Assembly: GCA_030264375.1 (NCBI GenBank)
Contig: JASCQW010000043.1
Coordinates: 89,652,178-89,716,177 of the forward strand
Direction: 5' to 3'
Length of the DNA: 64,000 nt
Source of the DNA: Carcharhinus longimanus
Taxonomy: Eukaryota
Part shown: positions 1-12,309 of the stretch, one piece after another
Position numbering within the stretch: position 1 is the first letter of the stretch
Layout of the letters: every line of letters starts with the position of its first letter
Made by a program: the position numbers and the translations under genes
Notes under the pieces: model-generated
Database searches by the model: none
What the model saw: only the letters and a program-made list of their open reading frames with translations
What the model was told of the DNA's origin: nothing

Positions 1-140
1 GCATTTAGATAGTTACATGGGTAAGATGGGTATAGAGGGATATGGGCCAAATGCAGGCAATTGGAATTAGCTTAGGGGTTTTAAAAAAAAAGGGTGGCTT
101 GGACAAGTTTCCATGCAATCTTCCATGCTCTATGATTTTG
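1..140 (+). mobile_element. CR1-type LINE 3' end fragment (intronic)
   Basis: Encodes LDSYMGKMGIEGYGPNAGNWN*, a typical shark CR1 ORF2 C-terminus, followed by a degenerate tail. Confidence 0.75.
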
Positions 141-373
141 ATTCTAATCAGGTTTCATATGCACAGTTGACAAAATGATGGCCATTAATTATGTTACAGT
201 ATAATGTAAAACACTTCTTGTATACCAAATATGATCTTTCACTAAATTTTAATCTCTCGAGTGTAACTGGCATGTGAGACACTGTTTTCAAGATATGAGC
301 AACATTTTATATTTAAGTTGGATTGTACATTTTATAAGGCATCACAATAGTAATTTTGGTCATCTGTCTATAG

Positions 374-445
374 GCATATCTGGATGAGTTGGTTGAACTT
401 CATAGAAGGCTAATGACACTTCGCGAAAGGCACATACTACAACAG
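374..445 (+). CDS. MLLT3: MLLT3/AF9 penultimate coding exon (ANC1 homology domain)
   Basis: Acceptor 'ctatag' ends at 373 and donor 'gtaag' starts at 446, phase 0. Translates AYLDELVELHRRLMTLRERHILQQ, the AF9/ENL AHD sequence. Confidence 0.96.
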
Positions 446-830
446 GTAAGAATACATTTTCTTCAAGGTTTTGACTTATGTAAACTTCGTTTTGCATTAT
501 GTCACATTTAAATATTGTTGATTGTAAAAATTCTTCACCTTTTGCATCCTTGAAGTTCCAACTGGGAGTGAGGGAACATAATGAAAGAACAGCTATGTCT
601 CGAATCTTGTTTCTCTCAACCTGCCTTTTCTTTTCTAGACTTGTGGTTTCTTTCTGGTCTTATGTTATATCAATGTTCCTCTTGTATTACTTCTCTAAAT
701 GGAATGCAGCAGGAGGAGGTATTTTCTTCAGTATGATTCCAAGGCTTATTATCGAGCAGCAATTTCCTAATTATTTATTTTATTCCAGCAACTGATTTTT
801 GCCTTGATATTTTATTAATGGTTTGCTGGA

Positions 831-1160
831 GGCCTTGTGGCACTGTGGTAGTGCCCCTACCGCTCGACCAGAAGCTCTGGGTTTGAATTCAACAGTAGTC
901 ATGATGTGGAGATGCTGGCGTTGGACTGGGGTAAACACAGTAAGAAGTCTGACAACACCAGGTTTAAGTCNNNNNNNNNNNNNNNNNNNNNNNNNNNNNN
1001 NNNNNNNNNNNNNNNNNNNNNNNNNNNNNNNNNNNNNNNNNNNNNNNNGGTTGGACTTAAACCTGGTGTTGTCAGACTTCTTACTTTGAATTCAACACCA
1101 GGACTTGTTGGCCATGGCAGGAGCATTCAATGATGCCCAACAGGCTGATCAGCTCAGAAA
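831..1160 (+). mobile_element. tRNA-derived SINE interrupted by a Penelope insertion
   Basis: A-box-like 'tggcactgtgg' and B-box-like 'ggtttgaattc'. The sequence resumes after 1097. Confidence 0.55.
895..1084. mobile_element. Penelope-like element with inverted pseudo-LTR ends around an N gap
   Basis: 904-970 is the reverse complement of the Penelope end at 2980-3050, and 1049-1085 is the same end in forward orientation. Flanked by the 13-bp duplication tttgaattcaaca at 882-894 and 1085-1097. Confidence 0.85.
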
Positions 1161-2020
1161 TCTTTACACTCTGGGGAACAGTGGTGGGGAAAAAAAAGTG
1201 AGGATGTGAAGATATGCTAACAACAACAGTGGCTTTCCTGGTTTTCACACCAAAAATTGTACCAATGTAATTGAAACTTTCACTGATGCTTTCACCTGAA
1301 TCGTGGCTGTTGACATGCAAGCACAAAGGTTAACTATAGGAATCCCCTAACCAGTGAACAGTTGATTACACCTAAGCTGTTTACAATTGTAACTCTTTGT
1401 AGCCAAGTTCAAGAAACTTATTAGCCCACAAGTCGTCATCCTTCTTTCCACAAGGGGAAAGTAGCTACAAAATATCAGGAAAGAGCTACGGAGTCTGACT
1501 TATTGTCTAAAATCAATGTTGGATTTTAAGTCTGTATCAAATATCTCATCCCTTATGAACAGGTTCTGAGGAAATAACCTATTATTGACCCCCAAAAAAG
1601 TGAAGGGTTTTGGATGGGCATCATTTTATTGTTACAGGGCGTTGAGATTTCAGTCATGCTAAAAACGGTGACTATCTACCCAAAATTCTTCAATGACCTC
1701 TCAACGGACCTATGCAGACATAGTGTTTCCATGCATCTGCTGCCCTTGTTCTTCTAAGTAGTAGAGAAGATGCTGTTGAGGAAGGCGTGGCATGTTGCTG
1801 CAAGAAATCTTGTAGATGCACACAACTACTGTGTGTGGTGGTGGAAGCAAATGTTTAAGGTGGTGGATGGGGTACCAATCATTATAAGCTGCTTTGTCCT
1901 GGATGATGTTTTCAGTATTTTTGGAGCTGCACTCATCCAAGTGAGTATAGAGTACTCAGTCACATGCCTGATGCGTCTTGTAGATGGTGGATAGGCTTTG
2001 GGGACCTGCTGGGTAAGTCA

Positions 2021-3050
2021 ACGTCATCGAATGAAGATGAACATCTCGCCAAGACCATCCCCACACCCTCACTTCTTGCCTTCAAACAACTGCGCAACCT
2101 GGAACAGAACATTGTCCGCAGCAAACTACCCAATCTTAGGAGAATAGTGATCGTGACACCACGCAACCTCTGCAAGACGTGCTGGATCATCGACATGGAT
2201 GCCATCATATCACGTGAGAACACCATCCATCAGGTACACCGGACATACTCCTGCAACTTGGCCAACATTGTCTATCTGAGATGCTGCAGAAAAGGATGTC
2301 CCAAGATACGGTACATTGGGGAGACCGTGCAGACGCTATGACAACGAATGAATGAACACCGCTTGACAATCACCAGGCAGGAGTGTTCTCTTCCAGTCGG
2401 GGAACACTTCAGCGGTCACGGGCATNNNNNNNNNNNNNNNNNNNNNNNNNNNNNNNNNNNNNNNNNNNNNNNNNNNNNNNNNNNNNNNNNNNNNNNNNNN
2501 NNNNNNNNNNNNNNNNNNNNNNNNNAGGAGTGTTCTCTTCCTGTTGGGGGACACTACTGTCATGGGCATTCAGCCTCTGGTCTTTGGGTAAGCATTCACC
2601 AAGGCAGCCTTCACGACACACGACAGCACAGAATTGCTGAGCAGAAACTAACAGCCAAGTTCTGCACACATGAGGACGGCCTCAACCAGGATCTTGGGTT
2701 CATGTCACACTATCTGTAACCTTCACAACTTGCCTGGGCTTAGAAAATCTCACTAACTGTCTTGGCTGAAAGCAATACCTCTTTAACCTGTGTTTAACCC
2801 TCTCCACTCACATTGTCTGTGCCTTTTAAGACTTCTTTACGTGTAAAGACTTGCATTCCAACCGTTATCTCGTAAATTGAGTTTGTGTCTATATATGCCC
2901 CTGTTTTTGAACACAACTCTCACTCTCCTGATGAAGGGGCAGTGCTCCGACAGCTTGTGGCTTTTGCTACCAAATAAACCTGTTGGACTTTAACCTGGTG
3001 TTGAGACTTCTTACTGTGCTTACCCTCGTCCAACGCCGGCATCTCCACAT
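2021..3050 (+). mobile_element. 5'-truncated Penelope-like element: GIY-YIG endonuclease C-terminus plus pseudo-LTR
   Basis: Translates NIVYLRCCRKGCPKIRYIGETVQTL*QRMNEH...PVGEHF...EQKLTAKFCTHEDGLNQD. 7-bp TSD taagtca at 2014-2020 and 3051-3057. Confidence 0.92.
2922..2960 (+). ncRNA. Degenerate minimal hammerhead ribozyme motif in Penelope pseudo-LTR
   Basis: CTGATGA at 2928-2934, stem II GGGGC/GCTCC, then GACAGCTT. The GAAA core box reads GACA, so it is probably inactive. Confidence 0.65.
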
Positions 3051-3924
3051 TAAGTCACTCTCCATAGAATTCCCAGTATTTGACCTCCTGTAGGTATAGT
3101 ATTTGTATTACTAATACAGTTAAATTTCTGATCAGTAGTAACCCTCGGATGTTGGCGAGGGATTTTGATAATATTATTGAACGTCAACAGCAGGTTAGAT
3201 TCTTTCTTGGAGGCCGCCACTCGGCACAAATGTTAATTGCCACTCATCAGCCCAAGCTTGAATGTTGCCCAGACTTCTGTATTTGAGAAGTTACAAATGG
3301 TACTGAACACTGTAATAATCAGCGAACAATCCAATTTCTGAGCTTATGGAGGGAAGGCAACTGATGCGGCAGTTGAAGACAGTTGAACGTAAAATATTAT
3401 TGAGTTAGTCCTGCAGCAATGTACTAGGACTGAGGTAATTGGCCTCCAGCAACCGTAACCATCTTCCTTGGTGCTCAGTGAGTGTCCAACCAGTGAAGAA
3501 TGTTCCTCCTGATTCTCGTTGGTCTCAGTTTTGTGGGACTCCTAAATGTCACACTGGGTCAAATGCTGTCTTGATGTCAAGGGCAGTGACTTCCACATTA
3601 CCCCTATAATTAAGCTCCTTTTGTTCATGTTTGAACCAAGGCTGTAATGAGGTCTGGAAACAAGTGGCCCTGGCAGAATCCAAACTCAGAATTGATGAGT
3701 GGGTTATTTGCAAGCACTGTCAGTGACAACTTTCATCTCTTTGATTTGAGGGTGGACAGTGGGGTGGTGATTTTCCAGAGTGGATGTGGACAGGACGTGG
3801 CTGAGCAATTTTCTACTTTCAGGTAGATGCCAGTGTTGTAGATGTACTGGGACAGCTTGGCTAAGGGTGCAGTTAGTTCCAGAGTGTAAGCCTGCTTACT
3901 GCTAATGACAGATTCTCATGTTGA

Positions 3925-4030
3925 ATGTCAGGTTTGGTTAAAAGCTCATGGCCTGAAACATTAACACTTTTTTTTCACTCCATAGATGCTGCCAAATCTG
4001 AGTGTTTCCAACATCTTCTGTTCTTATGCA
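3925..4030 (+). mobile_element. Penelope-derived short repeat (single arm)
   Basis: 'gaaacattaacac...tccatagatgctgcc...tgagtgtttccaacat' matches the right arm of 54402-54637. Confidence 0.6.
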
Positions 4031-4589
4031 TCTGTAAAGTTCTTTTGTCTTCAGCATTAGCTTGTATTTGTCAGCTTCATATCAGTGTGTTCAGTTATTT
4101 CTTGATACGTGGAGTGAATTGAATTGGCTGAAGAATGGCATCTATGTTGGGGTCCTTTTAGGAGGAGGCCAAGATGGCTCTTCCACTTAGCAGTTCTAAC
4201 TAAATATCGTATAAATACTCCAGCCTTGTCTATTACCTTTGAGTTCTGCCATCATTTAAAAATTGGAATGTTTGTGGAACCTTCTCCTACAATTGTTTAA
4301 TTGTCTACCATCATTCTTGATTGGATGTGGCAGGACTGCAGAGATTTAATCCATGGATTGTGGGACAATGGTTTTCAGTATAATTTGAGTATGATAGTTT
4401 GGGCTAGTGCTTGACTTGTCCTTTGCAACATCTTTCCTAATTTTAGTACCAGTCCCCAAATGTTGGTTGGGATTTTGTGGAGCTGTCTGGATAGGATGGG
4501 TCTTTTGTTATTTCTGACATCAAGATCAATGATGGATTGTCGGTTCTTCTTTATTATTCTTCGATATTGCTGGAATGGCTTGGTACAAC

Positions 4590-4865
4590 TAAGCACTATG
4601 CTAGATCATTTCAGAAGGCAGTTAATAGTCAAACATATTGATGTGGGTCTGCAGTCATGTGTAAGGAAGGCAGATTTCATTCTCTGAATGAGCCCAATGG
4701 ATTTTTGCAACTATCCCATTACTTCATCATTATTAAGACTAGTTTTTTTATTCCAGTATTACTAATCAATTGATTTTTAATTCTTCCAGCTGTCATGATA
4801 GGATATTGTGTCTGGATTACGAGTTCAGACCTCTGGATTATAAATTCAGTAAGAATATCACCCAT
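4590..4865 (-). mobile_element. tRNA-derived SINE, same family as 19135-19537
   Basis: Reverse-complement similarity to 19135-19450, including 'cctctggatta' and 'gtgggtctgcagtcat'. Confidence 0.6.
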
Positions 4866-6679
4866 GCTAAAGTTCCTACATTAGTTCAAGATCAATTTAA
4901 ACTAAGTGAATCTGATTTTAACAGTTGCTTTCTATGTTCACCTGACCATGAAATAAAACTTCTCAGCAAATGAATGGAACCTTGCTTCCTGCTGGTAACT
5001 TGCCAACCTTTAGAGTTTGAAAAGATACTCTTTTCAAGACCAGATTACAAGGGGATATTGTTCTGTTTCCGAGTTGTGCTTTTGTACAAATAGACACAAA
5101 ATACTCAATTCTTATAAAAGTAAAGTGCTTGTATCATTCGTACAGTGCGAGTGATGGAATTTGAAGCCATTAAAGCTGAGAAGGTAGCCACAAAAGACTA
5201 TGGTCCACATAACAGGATTCTAAACCTGGCCTGCCTCATTATTTGGAGAAAGTTGTGGCAGATTCAGCCTTCTGGGCTGTTGAAGGTACAAATTCTGAGC
5301 ACCACAATTTTGTTCAGTTTGTAAATAGTATGAAACATTCTCCAATTGTGTTCAGGACACTGAAGCCTCATTATTTCCCTTACTGAAATTGAACCTGGAA
5401 CTTTTTTTGGTTTTAACATCCCAGTACATGCGCTACATTTATCCACTGGATGATCAACAGTATTGATTGGACAGTCCATTAGAAACCTTGTCACTCTGGA
5501 TAGCCAGTCCATAAACCAAAAGATATACTTGTTAATATAGGCACCTTCCCACGGTGTCACAGCTGTTTACCAAAGTATGCTTTCTAGGGCTGGTTATAGG
5601 ATCATAGAATCCCTGAAGTGCAGAAGGAGGCCATTCAGTCCATTAAGCGTGTACCAAGTCTTCGAAAGATGGAAATGATGTTGAATAGAAAATTCTGTAA
5701 TCATCCTGTGATTGCCTGATAAACTGTTAAAGCTGGGCTCCCCACTGAGGCATTTATAGAGTTAGCCCTTGTATCATAAAGCTTCAAAATTGTGAAGACC
5801 CTAAAGTATTGCCTTCTGCACTGGTAGAAACTGCTACTACCTGAATTAGTTGTGACAAATAGTGTCAAAGTTTTTAGTGGGAAGCTTGATAAGTACATGA
5901 AGAAAGGAACGGAAGGATATGGTGGGGAGAGATGAAGTACATCATGAGAGGAGGCTTGTGTTGAGCCAGTTTTGGCTGTAACTTCTATGTAGTCGGTTAA
6001 TGGTNNNNNNNNNNNNNNNNNNNNNNNNNNNNNNNNNNNNNNNNNNNNNNNNNNNNNNNNNNNNNNNNNNNNNNNNNNNNNNNNNNNNNNNNNNNNNNNN
6101 NNNNTTAATGGTTAACTGCTTTCAACTTGAGTCATTAGGTCGTGATTCAAAGTGGGTTGAATGTGGCAGTAGCATTGTATTAAATTTTTGAGTAGGTTTA
6201 GATTTAAATTTCAAGGGACTCTAAGCAATAAATACTGATTTAAGAATCTGTGAAACTTTTTCCCCATCCTTTCTAATTTAGTCAGCTCTGTGTGGCTTTA
6301 TACTATTGCAGATTTTAATCCCTTGAATAATTAACAACACATCCAGATCTGCTCTGAAACAGAAGAACTTGGATTCATTTCCTTGTACGAGAACCACCTA
6401 ATTGAATTGGAAATTTAATGAATCCCAAGTCAAGGATTGAATCTTTTTACAATTAAGATTCTGTTTTCTGAGTTTTCAAAAAAAAGTTACTATTTCAGGA
6501 AAGATCGAATGGGGAGAAAGAAATTGACTTATAAACTGCATGGTATATAGTTTTGTGGTGTCTGCCCCACAATACAAATGTGGCAGAGATATCCAGATGT
6601 CCTTTAAAACAACCAAAATTCTTGAAGAAAAGTAATGATTCTCAGGGACAAAAGGTTCCAGTATATACTTTTAGTTCAC

Positions 6680-6798
6680 ATCTGCTACTTTTAGCTTGTA
6701 GCCAACATTTTTTATTTTTAGCTAGCACTTGCTACTTGTAAAATTTAGCTAGCATTTGGCATTTTTACTAATTAGCCAACCATTCATACTTTTAGCTA
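6680..6798. repeat. Degenerate 'ttttagcta' minisatellite running into a gap
   Basis: Several imperfect ttt(t)agct(a)/tagccaac units. Confidence 0.5.
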
Positions 6799-7275
6799 NN
6801 NNNNNNNNNNNNNNNNNNNNNNNNNNNNNNNNNNNNNNNNNNNNNNNNNNNNNNNNNNNNNNNNNNNNNNNNNNNNNNNNNNNNNNNNNNNNNNNNNNAG
6901 TGAAGCAAGGGGTCCAGATCAATCCTGCCTTCGTAACATGGCTGAGCAGCACTACATCAATAGAAATGAGTGTTTGGACAAGATGGATGCTGAAGGATTT
7001 GGAGTAGGGGGGGGTTGGGGTGTAAAAATTCAGCTGAAGAAAAAATGCTTAAATATGTGAGAAAAGAGAAGGGCAAATTTTGGTATATATTGGGGATAGG
7101 ATTGCCCTCTGGTTGTGGCTGAGAGGGAGCAAAGAAGTAGTTTTTAATATTGTATCTACGTGCTAATGTACCACTTGATACAAAAGGTTTCTTAATTGAA
7201 GCCAACATTTGCAGCTATATCATAATTAAATAATACATATCTTTGACAGCTAATTTGTTGCTTATCTGTCTTCAG

Positions 7276-7407
7276 ATTGTTAACCTAATAGAAGAAACTG
7301 GACATTTTCACATCACAAACACAACATTTGACTTTGACCTTTGCTCACTGGATAAAACCACAGTCCGAAAGCTACAGAGTTATCTGGAGACTTCAGGAAC
7401 ATCATGA
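7276..7407 (+). CDS. MLLT3: MLLT3/AF9 last coding exon
   Basis: Acceptor 'tcttcag' ends at 7275. Translates [43 protein letters not shown], in frame with exon 374-445. FHITNTT, LDKTTV and the ETSGTS end match my recollection of AF9 rather than ENL. Confidence 0.96.
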   Translation: MVNLIEETGHFHITNTTFDFDLCSLDKTTVRKLQSYLETSGTS

Positions 7408-9690
7408 GGACACTGATCCCCAGCTACGAGCTGGAGTGTTGAACTTTTAGCGATGCAACCGATACAACCAGCCCTATAGAGCTACTTACTGCAGCTTTTT
7501 TCCAGCCAGTCACGCTTCCCTCCCCTGAACGTGTTGCTGGGGGAAAATGCCAAGAGATTCAACAGATCTGTATCAGCCTGAGGAATGTTCTGGAAGTATT
7601 GGATCTGTGAGGTTCATCATCTCCTTTACCTCCCGTCCCCTGGATATTTGCTCTTTATGAATCTCTGTGGTAATGTGTATCTTTGTGGTGTCCACATCCA
7701 CATGGCGAATGATGCATGTGCAACACTGCCTTAGTATGTAACTGATCTATCTATTTATTGAACAAGTCCATTCATGAAAAATATCTTGGATCTTTGGAAC
7801 ACTACCAGACATTGAGCACTCTGGTCACATTTAAGACCAAGGCTTACAAATGCAGTAGGAATTGATCACCAGATGCCTGGTGTATTCATCTCCAGTTTTT
7901 TGATTTCCTTTTGTAAACTAGCTGCGATCCTAGGGACACTATGTAACTACACAATGTTCTAGCCTTAGTAATTGAACTGTAGTGCTTTAAAATCTATTAC
8001 CAGCTTTGATATGTTTTAATCAGTGATTGACCAATGCAGATCTGTACTTCTACAGGGAGAAATATTGTCTGCACAATCATGCTATTAAGCAGAGATTTTT
8101 TCATTTCTTCCGGATTTGATTTAGACCTCTTATCAGGAACAAGGGATTTGTGGTGTAATTTTCCTTACCCTTTTAAAGTACTTGACAGCTTTATTTTTTA
8201 AAAAAATGCAATGCTAATTATCTGCAAACACAGTTGCATCACAAATCTTTTGTTTACATAGGCCTTCCTTCAGATTCTTGTGTTCTTATTTGGTTTCCTG
8301 ATATAACCTGGTGTACACCCTTTTGCTATTTAGCTCTACAGACTAAGTGAAAGGTAAATACACCTGAAGACTCAGAACTCACTGAAGAAGTACAGAGAAA
8401 AGCTGGTATAAACCAGGCTGGTTGATCATAGTTTAAAGCTTTTGGCATATCAAATGTATTTAAATTGTGTTTTTTTTAAAGTGGGATTGTCTAAAATATT
8501 CTGTTCCCAGTTTTCTGTAAGTTTGTTGTAGAAAATTCTTAATTTGGGATTAATTATTTATTTGAAATACTCCCTTCACTGCCAAATCAGTTTTTGCCAC
8601 CTTTGCCATTTGGTAAAATGTGTGCGCTTAGCAGTCCATCCTTTGGATAGTAAAGCTATATTTCTTAAATATAGATCTTTCTTTAGCAAGTATGTTGCAG
8701 GAAAAACCATGTTTCAATGGCGTCTTTTTCAGGAGACCTCAACGATTACTTTCAGTCCAAAGATGGGATGAATTTTAATACTTTTTTTTATTACTGAAGG
8801 TTCTGAAACTGCTTCCAGCAGAACAAGTGTACTTTCCAATGATAACGAGGTTCAGATAAGTCATTGTGTCCATTACTTGAAATGTTACCTTGTTAGTATA
8901 CTTTTAATGTGCAATTCATATCAGATTTTTTTTAAAAAACGCGGGCAAAAGAAGACTTGTTTCATTTCATATATGCGATGTTCAGTGCGTGTTTTCAATT
9001 GCCGCTACTCTTTGATTTGTCGTGTCAGTGGTGAAAACAAGACTGTTAATTTTAGGAAAATCTACTCCAGCAGTCTTCAGAAGTTGAACTTGGTACTTTG
9101 AGTCCCTTTAATTTAATGTAGTTGCTTGATCCATTTTGATTGTTGTGGCTAAATTTGTGGTACAACTCAAAACTTTCAAAAAATATTTTATTAAATTTGA
9201 AAGAGAACCTGCCTGGTAATATGCATCTAGTCATTCTTCATTTGCATATATTTCATACAATAAGATGTTCAAAAAAAAATACAGTGAAAGATGTTGGTAT
9301 TTTCGCAGGATTGTACACTCACCAAGAATTAAGAAATAAATATTAGATTGTGCTACTTCGAAGGAAAAATACACAGTAGTGGAAATTTATGGTTTAAATC
9401 AGAAAATGTTATTTTGTAATAAAATAAAGATGGTAATGAATCAATATATAACCATCTATTGTACTGTGTAAACGTGGGACACCAATCTAATTTTTTGTTG
9501 CAAATAACCATGTATATAAAGTACGAGCTTGAATCCCAAGGAAAATTTGCTGCAATGTTGAGTTTGCCACAATATTTAATTCGAACAAGTGTGTCACACT
9601 CCTAAAACATTCTTTTTGCATTAGCTTTTCCATCAACCTTTTGTATTCAAGAACAATAAATCCTTTTTTTTAAATAATTAATATGTGTAC
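7408..9690 (+). other. MLLT3: Probable MLLT3 3' UTR
   Basis: AT-rich, no recognisable repeats. AATAAA at 9335, 9418/9423 and 9655, the last followed by T/GT-rich sequence. Confidence 0.7.
9655..9660 (+). terminator. Polyadenylation signal AATAAA (distal candidate)
   Basis: Canonical hexamer with downstream T-rich and TG-rich tracts at about 9680-9745. Confidence 0.55.
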
Positions 9691-11379
9691 TTTTCTAATA
9701 TTCTTACAGTACTGTTTCTTTTGTGGCACTTTTTTGTTTCAACAACATGGCAGTCATGTCTTGGGGTTATTAAATTGTGACATTTTCCCTTAAAATGGCT
9801 GCATATATTTTATTTTCAAATATTAAATTAATTCTTAATGTGCAGCATCCAACACTTTTTCCACTCCACATTCATGAAGCAGCATCCACAATATGGCAAA
9901 TTAGGAAACCTTTCACAATTGCTCGCAATTTAGATATTGTGATCGTGAGTGAAAACCATGTCATCAACAGGTTGAATTAATGATACTGAATGGTTATGAG
10001 GCCTGATAGCTCATGTTGTGACCCTCAGCAGACCCAGTACTCTTACTTTCTGGATCTCATTTTATATCTTGCCAGCTGTGGACACTATAGATGTTGGCAT
10101 ACTGAGGAAGAGATGTCAAACAATTTTACAGTGATCATGCCAAATTTTGGTATGTTTTTTACATCTGCAAATAGTTTCCTTATGGTAGCTCTGCAACAGC
10201 AGCCACTCAACAAGTTGCTGTAATGGACTGCAACCCTGAATTACAAATTAGAACCTTCGTTAGTCATGTGGCACTAGTGCGTCAGTTGTATTTAGTTGTA
10301 GAAAAAATTACTGGATTCCTACCAATTCATCCAACAGACAGAAAGCTATTTCAACTGCAGTTTCTGAAATGGGGCATGGCTTCAAAGCCACATTTGTGCA
10401 ATGCAAACAGCATTCTATTAGACTCTGAAATTCTTCTTGTAAAACAGTTTAAGTTTATGACTGTCCAACAGCCGAGTAAATGACAGCTTATATGAGCACT
10501 TGTATTTGAATTACTATTTAGATTCTACCTGCAGGTGGGTTGTTCATTCATCGAAGTCAACAGTGCCCATTTTCTTTTTCATGATTTGGATGAACTTTAC
10601 CCCAAACACCTGCCCCTTCAACTTCCCCTACATTTGGGGAATGTTCACAGCCATAAATAGTGTTATGCTTAGAGTTATTGGGGAATGGTGTCTGTGCAAT
10701 TGCCACAGTATAAAACTGATATCAATTTTCAGCAACATGTTGACTGACTACTCATTTCTGTTTTGTGGAAACGACTAGTGCACATTAGCAGCAGGGAACA
10801 TTTATGAGATGGAATGAGTAATCTAATGTGAAATCAAAGCCCATTTAGTTTTCTGTGTATATGTTCACACCATCTTTTTGCAGTTCAGTATTAGATTAAT
10901 ACTGCACACCTGATTTTCCTTAATACAAGAAATAGCCACAGACTTTTAGTCTCATTGGTTTTTCCCAGTATTTTATTTTTCTACTGATCACTGTTTTAAG
11001 TCCCTCTCTCCCCTTTGCCCCTTGATTTTCCTAAAATATTTCATCAAGGACAATGAGACTGAGGCAAATAAGGAAATACCAGTGACTAGGGACCAATGTT
11101 TCCTTGAGCTGCTACTCCTTTTTTATGTACTAACAGAAGCTCTTGCCATTTATTTTTCTTACTAATTCATATACGCACACTAATTTCATTCTTTAAGAAT
11201 GCAGCAAAGGAAGACTAGGTGGGGGAAAAATCCCTCTTTTTGGTGCAGAGATTAGTGTTGGCCCATCATATGACTTTTCTTCAATTTGATGTCATAATTT
11301 CCTTAGTTACCCACAGATGCTGCATTCTGCATGCCAAGTGTATCTTATTTGAAAATATACTTGTTGGGACTTATGAAAT

Positions 11380-12060
11380 ATATCCTTAAATGTCTGCTAA
11401 TCTACTGCCTTTCCTTTTAAAGTATTTTCCAAGTTCACTGTAGCCAACTCTATCCTCACCATTGTAATTGTCTTTAATAGAATTTAAAATATTAGTCTTA
11501 GACCCAAGTTCATATTATGATCACTCTTAGATGGAGGATCTTTACTCCGAAATCATGATTTAATCTTGTCTTGTGGCACATTAAAATAGTCTGTTCTGTT
11601 GGTTCAAGAATGTATTCTTCTAAAACACAAACTGTTCCGAATGCACCCCATAGGCTCATTCTCAAAGCACCCTTAGCCAATTTAATTCATCCATTCTGTG
11701 AAGATTAAAATTGCCCATGATTATTGCAGTACCTTTCTTACAAGTCACTGTTATTTCTTGATGCCCTACAGTGCAGCTACTCCTGCTGGTGATTACTTCC
11801 CCTTGCTAATTCTTACCTCAATCCAAATTAATTCTACATCTTGATCTTCCAAGTTGACAACATTTCTCACCACTGTACTGATCTCCTCCAGAGCTACCTG
11901 ACTTTTAACTTTATTCCTATCCTTCTGAAATGTCAAATACCTGTGAATATTCAGTTCCAGTCATGTCACTTTGCAATGCTGTCTCTGCAATGGGCTATTC
12001 TCATTATTTCTATATGTGCTATCAGTTAATTCATCGTATTACAAATGCTGCATGCATTCA
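11380..12060 (-). mobile_element. Old CR1 ORF2 endonuclease-region fragment
   Basis: Resembles the reverse complement of the CR1 EN region at 50660-51295, e.g. 'catattatgatcactc...ggatcttta'. Confidence 0.55.
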
Positions 12061-12309
12061 GACCGAGAATCTTTAATTCTTGTTTTTTACCATTTTTCCC
12101 TACTGGGACCCTTTTTTGTTGCTGCACTCTTACTTCTGTTTTTTTTCATATTAGATTGTAGTTGTTATTACCTTTATTGCTGTTTGCATTATTGTTTTTT
12201 TTCTCTCATTAAATTTTAAAACCTCTTCTCGTGAGCCCACAAGCATTCAGGCAAATCTGCAAATCCATTTGGATAGACTAGAGACTGATCAGAAACCATC
12301 TCTCTTGCC

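Larger units (their letters stand above)
1640..4540 (-). mobile_element. Degenerate CR1-group LINE, interrupted by Penelope insertions
   Basis: Homologous in reverse orientation to the RT-encoding copy at 33575-34568, and colinear with the copies at 35585-36240 and 54030-55465. Confidence 0.75.

Noticed and set aside
2375-2570. Apparent tandem duplication of ECSLPVG..H..HGH across the gap
   Set aside because: The duplicated sequence directly flanks a 100-N gap, so overlapping contig ends or collapsed repeat reads are the likely cause.
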